From Phycisphaera mikurensis NBRC 102666 (lineage in GTDB: Bacteria; Planctomycetota; Phycisphaerae; Phycisphaerales; Phycisphaeraceae), in the NCBI RefSeq assembly GCF_000284115.1, contig NC_017080.1, positions 2,190,001 to 2,222,000 on the forward strand: DNA of 32,000 nt, in the 5' to 3' direction. A program made the position numbers and the translations under genes. The notes under the pieces are model-generated. The model did no database searches. It saw nothing but the letters and a program-made list of their open reading frames with translations, and was not told the DNA's origin. Positions 8,424 through 19,534 of this stretch are shown here, piece by piece (the first letter of the stretch is position 1; the number at the start of each line of letters is the position of its first letter).

Positions 8424-9824
8424 TCACCCCGGAGCGGGAGCGAAGACGAGGCGGCACGCGAAGCGGAGCTTCGAGGCGGCTTCCTCGTCGCCGGGCGGGC
8501 CGTCGATGCGGAAAGGCTCGGCGATCGGCAGCGTCCAGGCGCCGTCCATCCGCAGGCGGGGCCGCCCGTCCTCCGCGACGAAGGCCTCGAGCTGGACGGG
8601 GACCGCGAGCGGGAGCTGGATCCCCTTCATCGTGAAGGTGCCGTGCAGCGTGAGCGGGGTGGGCCTACCGAAGGCGATCCCGCTCCCGTCGGGGGCGTCG
8701 ACGGACTCGATGACGAACGAGGATTCCGGGTGCTCGTCGACCTCCAGCACGCCGCCGTGGATCCAAGCGTCGAGGTCGTCCTCGCCCATGGTCACCGAGG
8801 CCGGGTCCGCCGCGATCCGACCGGTCATCCCGGCGAGGTCGTCGACGGAGTCCAGGGCCAGCGCGCCGGAGACGCCCGCGGCTTCGCCGGCGTAGCCGTC
8901 CAGCGGCGCCGGGAAGGCGAAGGTGACCGCGGGCCCGGCCGCGGGATCCACCACGACCTCCCAGGCGGTGGCCAGCTCCACGCCCGCGGCGTCGGCGGCG
9001 GGCGTGCCCGCGGGACGCTCGGGCAGGCCGAGCCCCATGGCGTCCCAAGCCGCCACCGGGAAGCCGGCCGGCACCGCGTCGAAGCCGTCGCCCCGGGGGG
9101 ACGCCGCCAGCTGCTCCCGCAGCTCCTCGGTCAGCGCCCGGGCAGCCGACGCGAAGGCCGCGCCCAGGCCGTCGCTCCGGGCCGGGCTCTCGAAGTTCGT
9201 CCAGACCGGCTCGTGGCAGTGGAACTGCGAGTACAGCTCGGCGGACACGGCGTAGCCCCGCTCCCCCGCGTAGGGGTAGAAGTTCGCGTACCAGAGCCGG
9301 TCGGCGCGGCCCAGCTCGACGCGATCGGCGAGCGCGAAGCCCTCCACGGCCGCGACGAAGGCCCGGGCATCCGGCGGGGCCGCCACGCGGCCGGCCCCCG
9401 GGCCCGACAGCGGCGTGATCTTCAGCGGGACGGCGATCGTCGCCCGCCCCGCCGCCTGCACCGGGAGGGCCTCCCGCACCAGCGGCGCGTCGCCCTGGGG
9501 CATCGCCCGGGCCGTACGCAGGAAGTTGGTGATGCGGTCGGGCGTCGCGTAGCGGCCCTGGTACACCGACCGCCCGCGCCAGTCCTGGAAGACGAGCAGC
9601 GGGGTGATCTTCACCTCGGCGGGCGCCTCGCCCGTCTCCGCCAGGTCGATCAGCTCGACCGGGACCCCGAGATCCCCGGCGAGCGAGCGGATCTTGGGCA
9701 GGTGATCCTCGCGGAAGGCCGCCTGCAGCGGCGAAGCACCGGAACGCACGAACACGAGCAGACGCTCCGCCGAGGCGGGCAGGCACAGCAGCGCGGCGAG
9801 GAGCGCGGTCAGCAGTCGGGGCAT
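8424..9824 (-). CDS. Secreted DUF1223-like/thioredoxin-fold protein with C-terminal YceI-like domain
   Basis: Signal peptide MPRLLTALLAALLCLPASAE; C-terminal LDAWIHGGVLEVDEHPESSFVIESVDA...LTLHGTFTMKGIQLPLAVPV is YceI-like. The identity of the N-terminal part is uncertain. Confidence 0.5.
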   Translation of the reverse strand: MPRLLTALLAALLCLPASAERLLVFVRSGASPLQAAFREDHLPKIRSLAGDLGVPVELIDLAETGEAPAEVKITPLLVFQDWRGRSVYQGRYATPDRITNFLRTARAMPQGDAPLVREALPVQAAGRATIAVPLKITPLSGPGAGRVAAPPDARAFVAAVEGFALADRVELGRADRLWYANFYPYAGERGYAVSAELYSQFHCHEPVWTNFESPARSDGLGAAFASAARALTEELREQLAASPRGDGFDAVPAGFPVAAWDAMGLGLPERPAGTPAADAAGVELATAWEVVVDPAAGPAVTFAFPAPLDGYAGEAAGVSGALALDSVDDLAGMTGRIAADPASVTMGEDDLDAWIHGGVLEVDEHPESSFVIESVDAPDGSGIAFGRPTPLTLHGTFTMKGIQLPLAVPVQLEAFVAEDGRPRLRMDGAWTLPIAEPFRIDGPPGDEEAASKLRFACRLVFAPAPG

Positions 9825-9845
9825 GGCGGCTTCCGGGGGCGGCTT

Positions 9846-9891
9846 CCGCGGACCTTCGATCGTTTCCGGCGTTTTCGGCCGCGGTCCGCGG
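9846..9891. repeat. 46-bp palindromic intergenic element, copy B (more diverged)
   Basis: CCGCGGACCTTCGATCGTTTCCGGCGTTTTCGGCCGCGGTCCGCGG; same 46-bp span and terminal CCGCGGACC/GGTCCGCGG arms as the other copies. Confidence 0.75.
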
Positions 9892-9909
9892 CGTCCGACG
9901 GCGCCGGGG

Positions 9910-10533
9910 TCACTGCGCCTCGTAGCCGACGATCCGGACCATGACGTAGATCTTCTTCGCCACCTCCGAGCCGTCCATCTCGGGCTTGATGCCGAAGTCG
10001 GTGCGGTCGATCGTGAAGTCCGACCGCAGCACGAGCAGGTCGCCGCTGCGGTTCTTCGGGCCCCGCTCGGCGGCGCCGTCCTTCTGGATCGTGGCCTCGA
10101 TCGTGTAGGTCTTGTCCACCTCGATGCTCCCGTAGGTCATCGTGCCCTTCACCTCCAGCACGGTGGCGCCGGCGTCGGTGGTGGACACCTGCTCGACCGA
10201 CTCGAAGCTCGCGTCGAAGGTCATGCCCTCGCTGGCGGCGAGCCAGCCGTCGGAGAGCATGTGCTGGGTCATCTGCTCGTTGGTGACCTGCAGCGTGTCG
10301 GCGGCCACGGAGATGGAGCCGGAGAAGCCGCCGGGCGCGTCGGGGTCGAAGCTCACCGTGCCGGTGACGCCCTTGCCGAAGCCCACGAACGGCTCCAGCG
10401 GGGAGTCGTTGATGAAGGCGATGCCGTTGACGCCCTTGGGGTCTTCGAAGTCGTAGCGCACCTCTTCGGCGTCCGCGGCGGACGCGGGCAGGAGGAGCGA
10501 AGCGGCGAGCACGGCGAACAGCGGGCGGATCAT
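9910..10533 (-). CDS. YceI family protein
   Basis: Signal peptide MIRPLFAVLAASLLLPASA; FINDSPLEPFVGFGKGVTGTVSFDPDAP...MTQHMLSDGWLAASEGMTFDASFES...GTMTYGSIEVDKTYTIEATI...LRSDFTIDRTDFGIKPE. Confidence 0.85.
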   Translation of the reverse strand: MIRPLFAVLAASLLLPASAADAEEVRYDFEDPKGVNGIAFINDSPLEPFVGFGKGVTGTVSFDPDAPGGFSGSISVAADTLQVTNEQMTQHMLSDGWLAASEGMTFDASFESVEQVSTTDAGATVLEVKGTMTYGSIEVDKTYTIEATIQKDGAAERGPKNRSGDLLVLRSDFTIDRTDFGIKPEMDGSEVAKKIYVMVRIVGYEAQ

Positions 10534-10619
10534 CGAGAGCCTTGCAAAAGGGAAGAACGTGACGCACCGAGCCTAGCGCATCCTGCGCCACCGGCGGACC
10601 GCCGCTGCGGGATCGACGC

Positions 10620-13517
<2,898 letters not shown>

Positions 13518-13586
13518 GGCGTGGGAGGTTGTGCTTTCGGGCGGGCCCGGGCGGGCCGGGTCCGGCGAGGGTAGGAAAGCCGCGGG

Positions 13587-14447
13587 TCAATCCGCCGCGT
13601 CGGGCGGGCTCAGCGGCTGGAGGCGGAGGCGGAACCGGGCTTCCTCGGCGTTGTAGCCGCCGACACGAACCCAAGCGGTCTCGCCCGCGGGGATCTCCAG
13701 GACCATCGCCTCCCGGCCCGGTTCGCCGCCGAAGTCCGCGTCGCTCCAGGCGTCGCTGTAGCCGCCGAGCGAGGGCAGCGCGAGGGCGTCGCCGGCGGAG
13801 CCGGCCGAGGCGGCCGCGCCCGCGAGGTCCAGGTCCGCGTCCGAAGCGCTGAGCACCGCGTAGAGCCCCGGCGCCGCCTCCAAGCGGAACACGGCGAGGC
13901 CCTCCGGCGGCAGGGTTCCCGCCGCGTCGTTCCCGACCCGCAGCGTGCCCGGCTCGGCGAGGGCACGCATTAGGGCGATGTCCTCCGCGAAGAACGTGTC
14001 CGAGGGCTGCGGTTCGCCGGGGACGAAGGCCGCGGCGAGGTGCAAAGCGGCTCCGCCCGCGTCCGCGTCGTGCGCCTGCACGAGCACCTGGTACGCACCC
14101 GCGGCCACGATCGGCACCCCGACGCGCTCCGTCCAGGCGCCCTCGAGGTCCTGATCGGAGAAGCCGGCCGCGGCTTCGAGGCCCTCGGGGCCGAGCACCC
14201 CGATCACGAGGTCGGCGGCGCCGCCGACCGCCACCTTCAGCTCGCCCGGGCCGGGGGCTTCGAAGCGGTAGCGGGCGGGCCCGGCCTCGGGCAGACGCGC
14301 GTTGACGGATCCGCCGAGCGGGAGCGGCATCGGGCCCGCAACGCCGGCCGGCTCCGCGGGGGTCGGAGCTCCGGAGGCGGGCGCTGCGAGGGCGCCGGGA
14401 GCGGCGGCGAGGAGCAGGACCAGCGGCGTGAGGCGGGCGATGGGCAT
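13587..14447 (-). CDS. Secreted hypothetical protein
   Basis: Signal peptide MPIARLTPLVLLLAAAPGALAAP; internal GPARYRFEAPGPGELKVAVGG...DLVIGVLGPEG resembles PPC-type beta-sandwich domains, seen weakly twice. Confidence 0.6.
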   Translation of the reverse strand: MPIARLTPLVLLLAAAPGALAAPASGAPTPAEPAGVAGPMPLPLGGSVNARLPEAGPARYRFEAPGPGELKVAVGGAADLVIGVLGPEGLEAAAGFSDQDLEGAWTERVGVPIVAAGAYQVLVQAHDADAGGAALHLAAAFVPGEPQPSDTFFAEDIALMRALAEPGTLRVGNDAAGTLPPEGLAVFRLEAAPGLYAVLSASDADLDLAGAAASAGSAGDALALPSLGGYSDAWSDADFGGEPGREAMVLEIPAGETAWVRVGGYNAEEARFRLRLQPLSPPDAAD

Positions 14448-14495
14448 GGGGGCAGTAAAGCAGCACAAGTCATCGGCGCCGTAGCTTCGGCGTTG

Positions 14496-15416
14496 ATGCC
14501 CCCCGTCCGACCCATCGTGCTGCTCGGGCCGACCGCGGGCGGGAAGTCTGCGCTGGCGGTGGAGCTTGCGGAGCGGCTCGGGGGCGAGGTGGTCTCGGCC
14601 GACGCCTTCCAGGTCTACCGCCACCTCGACGCCGGCACCGCGAAGCCGACGGCCAAGGAGCGGGCGCGGGTGCCCCATCACCTCGTGGACGTCGTCGAGC
14701 CGACGCAGCGCTTCACCGTCCGCGACTGGCTGAACCGGGCGGACGCGGAGGTCCAGCGGCTGGTCCCGGCCGGCCGGGTGCCAATCGTCGTCGGCGGGAC
14801 GAACCTCTACGTGCGGGCCCTGCTCGAGGGCCTGATGGAGGGGCCTGACGCCGATCCCGCCTTCCGCGCCTCGCTCGCCGCCGTCCCCGACGCCGAGCTG
14901 CACGCGCGGCTCCGGGAGGTCGACCCCGCCGCCGCGGACCGCATCGCCCCGGCCGACCGGCAGCGGACGGTCCGCGGCCTCGAGGTCTTCCACCTCACCG
15001 GCCGCCCGCTCAGCGGGCACCAGCGGGAGTGGTCCGCCGCGGTGGAGCCGCCCTACCGACACGATCCGGTCCTGCTGGCGCTGCGGTGGGAGGTGCCGGC
15101 CATCAACCGCCGGATCAACGCCCGGGTGAAGGCGATGTTCGAGCGCGGGCTGGTCGAGGAGACGCGGCGGCTGGAGGCCGCGGGCCTGCTGGGGCCGCAG
15201 GCCCGCGAGGCGATCGGCACCAAGCAGGTGCTCGCGGAGCTGGCGAAGCCGAAGCCCGACCTCGACGCCGCGCAGGAGCAGGTGAAGATCAAGACCCGCC
15301 GCTTCGCCAAGCAGCAGCGGACGTGGCTGCGCCGCTTCGCGGGCGTGCGGTGGCTCGCGGGCGATCAGGAGCCGGAGGCTCTGCTGGCGGGAGCGCTGGC
15401 CGCCGCCTCGGGCTGA
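14496..15416 (+). CDS. miaA: tRNA dimethylallyltransferase
   Basis: IVLLGPTAGGKSALAVELAERLGGEVVSADAFQVYRHLDAGTAKPT, HHLVDVVEPTQRFTVRDW, PIVVGGTNLYVRALLEGL, and C-terminal KTRRFAKQQRTWLRRF. Confidence 0.93.
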   Translation: MPPVRPIVLLGPTAGGKSALAVELAERLGGEVVSADAFQVYRHLDAGTAKPTAKERARVPHHLVDVVEPTQRFTVRDWLNRADAEVQRLVPAGRVPIVVGGTNLYVRALLEGLMEGPDADPAFRASLAAVPDAELHARLREVDPAAADRIAPADRQRTVRGLEVFHLTGRPLSGHQREWSAAVEPPYRHDPVLLALRWEVPAINRRINARVKAMFERGLVEETRRLEAAGLLGPQAREAIGTKQVLAELAKPKPDLDAAQEQVKIKTRRFAKQQRTWLRRFAGVRWLAGDQEPEALLAGALAAASG

Positions 15417-15467
15417 AGCGCCGGCGTGCTTGGGTGGTCGGGCTCCCGCCGGCGGCGGCCTCCGGGT

Positions 15468-16484
15468 TCAGCCCATGTCGGGCGAGCGGAGCGGCAGCGT
15501 GCCGGCTTCGTGGAGCCGCCGCGCGTGCTCGCCCATCGTGAGCACGGTGAAAGCGCGGTCCAGCGAGCGGAACCAGCGGCGGAGCAGGTCGCGCTTCGTG
15601 GCCCCGGTCATGCCCATCGCCGGGAAGAAGGACAGCCGCGGCTCGTCGTCGATGCCCAGGAAATCCAGCGGGTGCAGCAGCACCGACGGCTCCACGCCGC
15701 CGAGCCTGCAGGCGGCAAGCGCCCCCCGCCAGTAGAGGCCCGCCGCCGCGGAACTCTTGCCCGCGAGGTACAGCGCGTAGCTGGGGTGGAAGGGCACGCG
15801 GGCGAAGGGCGCGACCGTGACCGGGATCTCCGGCAGCGGCTCGCGCGGCCCGCCGGGCCCGTCGGGCAGCGCCCACCGGTAGGGCTTCACCGGCCGCCGC
15901 GCGTCCCGCGTGGTGCCGAACAGCCGCGACCGCTCCTCGCGCTGCTCGGCGGTGAGCTTCGCCGTCCGGAAGTAGTACCACCGGGCGACCGGTCCGAGCC
16001 ACGTCGGCAGCGTCGAGGCGTCGAGGCGGTAGCCGCGGTCGCTGAGCACGCCGAGCAGGTCGTTGCTGCACGAGTAGCCCGGTCCGCGGAACAGGGTCGT
16101 CCTCTGCCCGCACGCCGCCTCGATCGCGTCTTCGGCCCGGCCCAGCTCGGCGTGCAGCTCGTCCTCGGCGTAGCGGTGCAGCCACGGCTCGTGCTCGTAG
16201 GAGTGGTTGCCCACCTCGTGCCCCGCGTCGACGAGGCGCCGCATCGCGGCCCGGTTGCGGGGGTCGGCGGCGTCGCGTCCGACGACGAAGAAGGTGATCT
16301 TCCAGCCGAGCTCCGCGAGCAGCGGGAGGCACGCGTCGCACACCGCGTCGAGGTAGGTGTCGAAGCGCTCCCAGCCGGCGTCGCCGTGCGTCTTCTGGTA
16401 CGACCAGAGGTTGTCGAGGTCCAGCGAGACCGAGGCGTGGGGCTTGGGCATGGCGGATCGGTGGGGTCCGGAGAGCGATGGCAT
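15468..16484 (-). CDS. Polysaccharide deacetylase (NodB/CE4-like) family protein
   Basis: VSLDLDNLWSYQ, FFVVGRDAADPRNRAAMRRLVDAGHEVGNHSYEHEPW (HSxxH), FRGPGYSCSNDLLGVLSDRGYRLDAST. ATG at 16484 overlaps the upstream TGA; an alternative ATG is at 16451. Confidence 0.8.
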   Translation of the reverse strand: MPSLSGPHRSAMPKPHASVSLDLDNLWSYQKTHGDAGWERFDTYLDAVCDACLPLLAELGWKITFFVVGRDAADPRNRAAMRRLVDAGHEVGNHSYEHEPWLHRYAEDELHAELGRAEDAIEAACGQRTTLFRGPGYSCSNDLLGVLSDRGYRLDASTLPTWLGPVARWYYFRTAKLTAEQREERSRLFGTTRDARRPVKPYRWALPDGPGGPREPLPEIPVTVAPFARVPFHPSYALYLAGKSSAAAGLYWRGALAACRLGGVEPSVLLHPLDFLGIDDEPRLSFFPAMGMTGATKRDLLRRWFRSLDRAFTVLTMGEHARRLHEAGTLPLRSPDMG

Positions 16485-17818
16485 CAGGCGAGCAGCCGGC
16501 CGCAGGCCTCGTCGGCCCAGCGGAGCGTGTCGTTGGCGTTGAGCGTCGCGTGCCGGACCTGTGCCGCACCCACCAGCTGCACCCCCGGCAGCGAGGTCTC
16601 CACCGCCGGCACCCGCTCGCCGTGGCCGAGCGTCGGCAGCGGGAAGACCTCCCGCACGCGGCTCACCCGGAAGGCGAGCAGCCGCTGCGGGGTGAAGCTC
16701 GGGTAGACCTCCGCCAGCCCGGCGGCGAAGGCGTCGCGGACGGCGGCGTCGTCCATCCCGAAGAAGGCATCGTCCGCGGGGGCGTAGCGCGGGAGGTAGA
16801 CGAGGCCGCGGCCGCCGAAGCCCGCCTCCGCCTGCGCGTCGACGAAGGCGGACATCTCGACCACGGCGGTGAACGGCAGCGACTCTTCCCCCGCGAGGTA
16901 GGTCAGGTAGTTCCTCCGCTTGGGGTCCAGCGGGCCGTCGAGCACCGCGGCGCCGCAGACGATGCCCTGGAAGGCGATCGAGCGGAGCTTCCGCCTCTCC
17001 TCCTCAAGGAGGTCCGGCAGCAACGCCGCCGAGACCTTCGGCGTCGTCGTCAGCACGACCCGGTCGAAGGGGCCGAGGGTTTCGCCACCGGCGAGCCGGA
17101 CGTCGCGCCGGGCACTGATCCGCTCCACCGCGACGCCCGTCCGAAGCTCCACCCCGAGCGCCTCCAGCGCGCGGGCCGCTCCGGCCATGACCTCCGCGTA
17201 CCCGCCCGCCGGGTGGCCGAACATCTCTTCCTTGATCCCGCTGCGGCGCGCGGCGTACAGCCGCTGGATCGTCGCCCAGATGAACGCGGCCGAGCTCTCC
17301 TGCCACGCGTCGCCGAGCTTCGCCTGCAGCAGCGGACGCCAGAGCTTCTCGAAGAGCGTGACGCCGCCGAGCTTCACGAGCCAGTCGCGGACCGGCAGGT
17401 TCTCCAACCGGTCGCCGTCGGTGACGCGGCTCGCGTAGAGGATCGTGGCCGCCAGCCGGGCCTTCGCGTGCAGCGGGAGCGCCGGGAGCTTCAGGAAGTC
17501 CAGGCCGCTGGTGAGGTCGTGGACCATCGATCCGTCGAAGAAGCCGGTCCGCGTCTTCACCCAGCGGAAAGCGGATCCGCCCGAGCCGGCCCAGGCGCAG
17601 AACGCCCGCGTGTGCGCGTCCGACAGCAGCGTGACGTGGTAGTGGCGGTCCCAGGTCAGCGCCTCCTGCCCGGGGACGCCCACCGTCCACGCGTCCGCGA
17701 GGCCGCCGAGCGCGGAACGGCCCTCCAGGAGCGTGACGTCCCGCCCCGCCTCCGCGAAGCGCCGCGCGCACTGCAGACCGGTGAGCCCGCCCCCGATGAT
17801 CGCGACGCGCTCGCTCAT
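16484..17818 (-). CDS. NAD(P)/FAD-dependent oxidoreductase (amine-oxidase / UDP-galactopyranose-mutase-like)
   Basis: MSERVAIIGGGLTGLQCARRFAEAGRDVTLLEGRSALGGLA (Rossmann GxGxxG), HYHVTLLSD; ATGA overlap with the upstream acetyltransferase stop. Confidence 0.8.
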   Translation of the reverse strand: MSERVAIIGGGLTGLQCARRFAEAGRDVTLLEGRSALGGLADAWTVGVPGQEALTWDRHYHVTLLSDAHTRAFCAWAGSGGSAFRWVKTRTGFFDGSMVHDLTSGLDFLKLPALPLHAKARLAATILYASRVTDGDRLENLPVRDWLVKLGGVTLFEKLWRPLLQAKLGDAWQESSAAFIWATIQRLYAARRSGIKEEMFGHPAGGYAEVMAGAARALEALGVELRTGVAVERISARRDVRLAGGETLGPFDRVVLTTTPKVSAALLPDLLEEERRKLRSIAFQGIVCGAAVLDGPLDPKRRNYLTYLAGEESLPFTAVVEMSAFVDAQAEAGFGGRGLVYLPRYAPADDAFFGMDDAAVRDAFAAGLAEVYPSFTPQRLLAFRVSRVREVFPLPTLGHGERVPAVETSLPGVQLVGAAQVRHATLNANDTLRWADEACGRLLA

Positions 17819-18477
17819 GCCGGCGTATCGACCACTTGGATCTCGCGGATGCGTCCGCCCCTGTTCGTGTAGCGACGGCTACAGGATCCGCAGACGTGCT
17901 CCCCGGCGTGGGACGCGTCCGCCGGGTCGCCGCGGAACAGCGGCGGCCCGCACCGGCAGACCGCACCGACGGGCCGGGCGGGAGAGCCCACGACGAGGTG
18001 GAAGTCCGCGACGTCGCGGGTGACCACCGCCGCCATGCCGATCATCGCGTACCGCCCGATCGCGAGCCCGGGCCCGATCGTGACGCCGGCCCCGGTCGTC
18101 GCGCCCTCGCCCACGGTGGTCTCCAGGGTGTGCGCGTCCGGCTCGCTCCCCCGCAGGGTCAAGCCGTCGGGCTCGCAGGCCCGCGGGAAGCGGTCGTTGG
18201 TGAAGGTGGTCCCCGCCCCGAGCATCACCGCGTCGCCGAGCGTCACGCCGTTGCAGAGGTAGCAGTTCGAGTTGATCTTGCAGCGGTTGCCGATCGTGAC
18301 CCCGTAGGCGATGAGCGTCTTCCCGCCGACGATGCAATCCGCCCCGAGCCTCGTGCCCGGGCCGCGGACGTGCACGTTGTCCCACACGGACGTGCCCGGG
18401 CCGAGGCCAACCCCCTCCTCCACCATCGCGGTGGCGTGGACGCGGGGCGGCTTCGCGCTGGCTCCCGGTCGTTCCAA
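17815..18477 (-). CDS. Left-handed beta-helix acetyltransferase (WbpD/WlbB-like) with C-terminal Cys-rich extension
   Basis: VHATAMVEEGVGLGPGTSVWDNVHVRGPGTRLGADCIVGGKTLIAYGVTIGNRCKINSNCYLCNGVTLGDAVMLGAGTTFTNDRFPRA hexapeptide repeats; CRCGPPL...CGSCSRRY tail. TTG start at 18477 is a guess. Confidence 0.8.
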   Translation of the reverse strand: MERPGASAKPPRVHATAMVEEGVGLGPGTSVWDNVHVRGPGTRLGADCIVGGKTLIAYGVTIGNRCKINSNCYLCNGVTLGDAVMLGAGTTFTNDRFPRACEPDGLTLRGSEPDAHTLETTVGEGATTGAGVTIGPGLAIGRYAMIGMAAVVTRDVADFHLVVGSPARPVGAVCRCGPPLFRGDPADASHAGEHVCGSCSRRYTNRGGRIREIQVVDTPA

Positions 18478-18509
18478 GCGCCGATCCTCCTGGGCTGCCC
18501 GGTGCGCGC

Positions 18510-19520
18510 TCAAGCCGCGGCCACGCCGGGGCTGGCTTCGGGTGCGGGGCCGTCGGTGCGGACCGGCTGCCACCGGTTGCTGGCGATCGAGCGGTAGGCG
18601 GCCTCGATCACGCGGACCGAGGCGAGGGCGTCACGCATCGAGACCTCCGCCTGGTGCTCGCCGCGGGCGGCGCCGATGAAGTCCCGGACCTGGTTGCGGA
18701 AGGCGGCGACCTTGCTGTAGCCGGTGCCGAAGCCGACCCAGTCTTCGTCGCCGACGCCCTTGACCCGGCCGCCCTTCCAGCCCAGCCGCAACGCGCCCTC
18801 GCTGCCGTAGATGGAGAGGTACGTCGAGAGCTCCTTGTTCAGCGACCAGGAAAGGTCGACCGTGCACATCGCCCCCGAGCGGCTGCGGCAGAAGACGGTC
18901 ACGCTGTCCTCGACGTCGACGTCCTGCATCCGCTTGCCCTCGATCGCCTGCACGCTGTCGATCGGCCCGAGGAAGTGGCGGATCAGGTCCACGCTGTGCG
19001 TGCCGTTGTCGATCAGCACGCCGCCGCCGGAGACCGCTCTGTCCGCATTCCAGCGGCCGGTCATGTCCACGCGGCCGGTGAACGCGTTCTCGAACAGCAG
19101 CACCTCGCCGATGCGCCCGTCCAGGATCAACCGCTTCGCCTCCGCCACGTCGTCGACGAAGCGGAACTTCGTCGCCATCGTGAAGACGACGTCGCGGTCG
19201 CGGGCGAGGTCGCAGAGCTCCTGGGCCTCGGCCGAGGTGATGCACAGCGGCTTCTCGCAGAGCACCGGCACGTCGGCTTCGAGCAGCTCGGCGACCAGCG
19301 CGGGGTGGAGAGCCGGCGGCGCCGAGACCAGGGCGCCGTCGCAGCCCCCGGCGGCGAGCATCTCCTGCACGCCGCCGAAGGTGGCGGCGCCGGCGGGGCC
19401 GGCGAGCGCGGCGGCGGCGTCGGGGTTCACGTCGACGACGGCGGCGAGCACCGCGTCCTCGATGCCGTCGAGGGCGGCGGCGTAGTCGGAGGCGATGCGG
19501 CCCGCGCCGACGATCGCCAT
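18510..19520 (-). CDS. Gfo/Idh/MocA family oxidoreductase (WbpB-like)
   Basis: MAIVGAGRIASDYAAALDGIEDAVLAAVVDVNPDAAAALA, VPVLCEKPLCITSAEAQEL, GGGVLIDNGTHSVDLIRHFLGPI. Confidence 0.88.
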   Translation of the reverse strand: MAIVGAGRIASDYAAALDGIEDAVLAAVVDVNPDAAAALAGPAGAATFGGVQEMLAAGGCDGALVSAPPALHPALVAELLEADVPVLCEKPLCITSAEAQELCDLARDRDVVFTMATKFRFVDDVAEAKRLILDGRIGEVLLFENAFTGRVDMTGRWNADRAVSGGGVLIDNGTHSVDLIRHFLGPIDSVQAIEGKRMQDVDVEDSVTVFCRSRSGAMCTVDLSWSLNKELSTYLSIYGSEGALRLGWKGGRVKGVGDEDWVGFGTGYSKVAAFRNQVRDFIGAARGEHQAEVSMRDALASVRVIEAAYRSIASNRWQPVRTDGPAPEASPGVAAA

Positions 19521-19534
19521 GCGGAAGGGACGGC

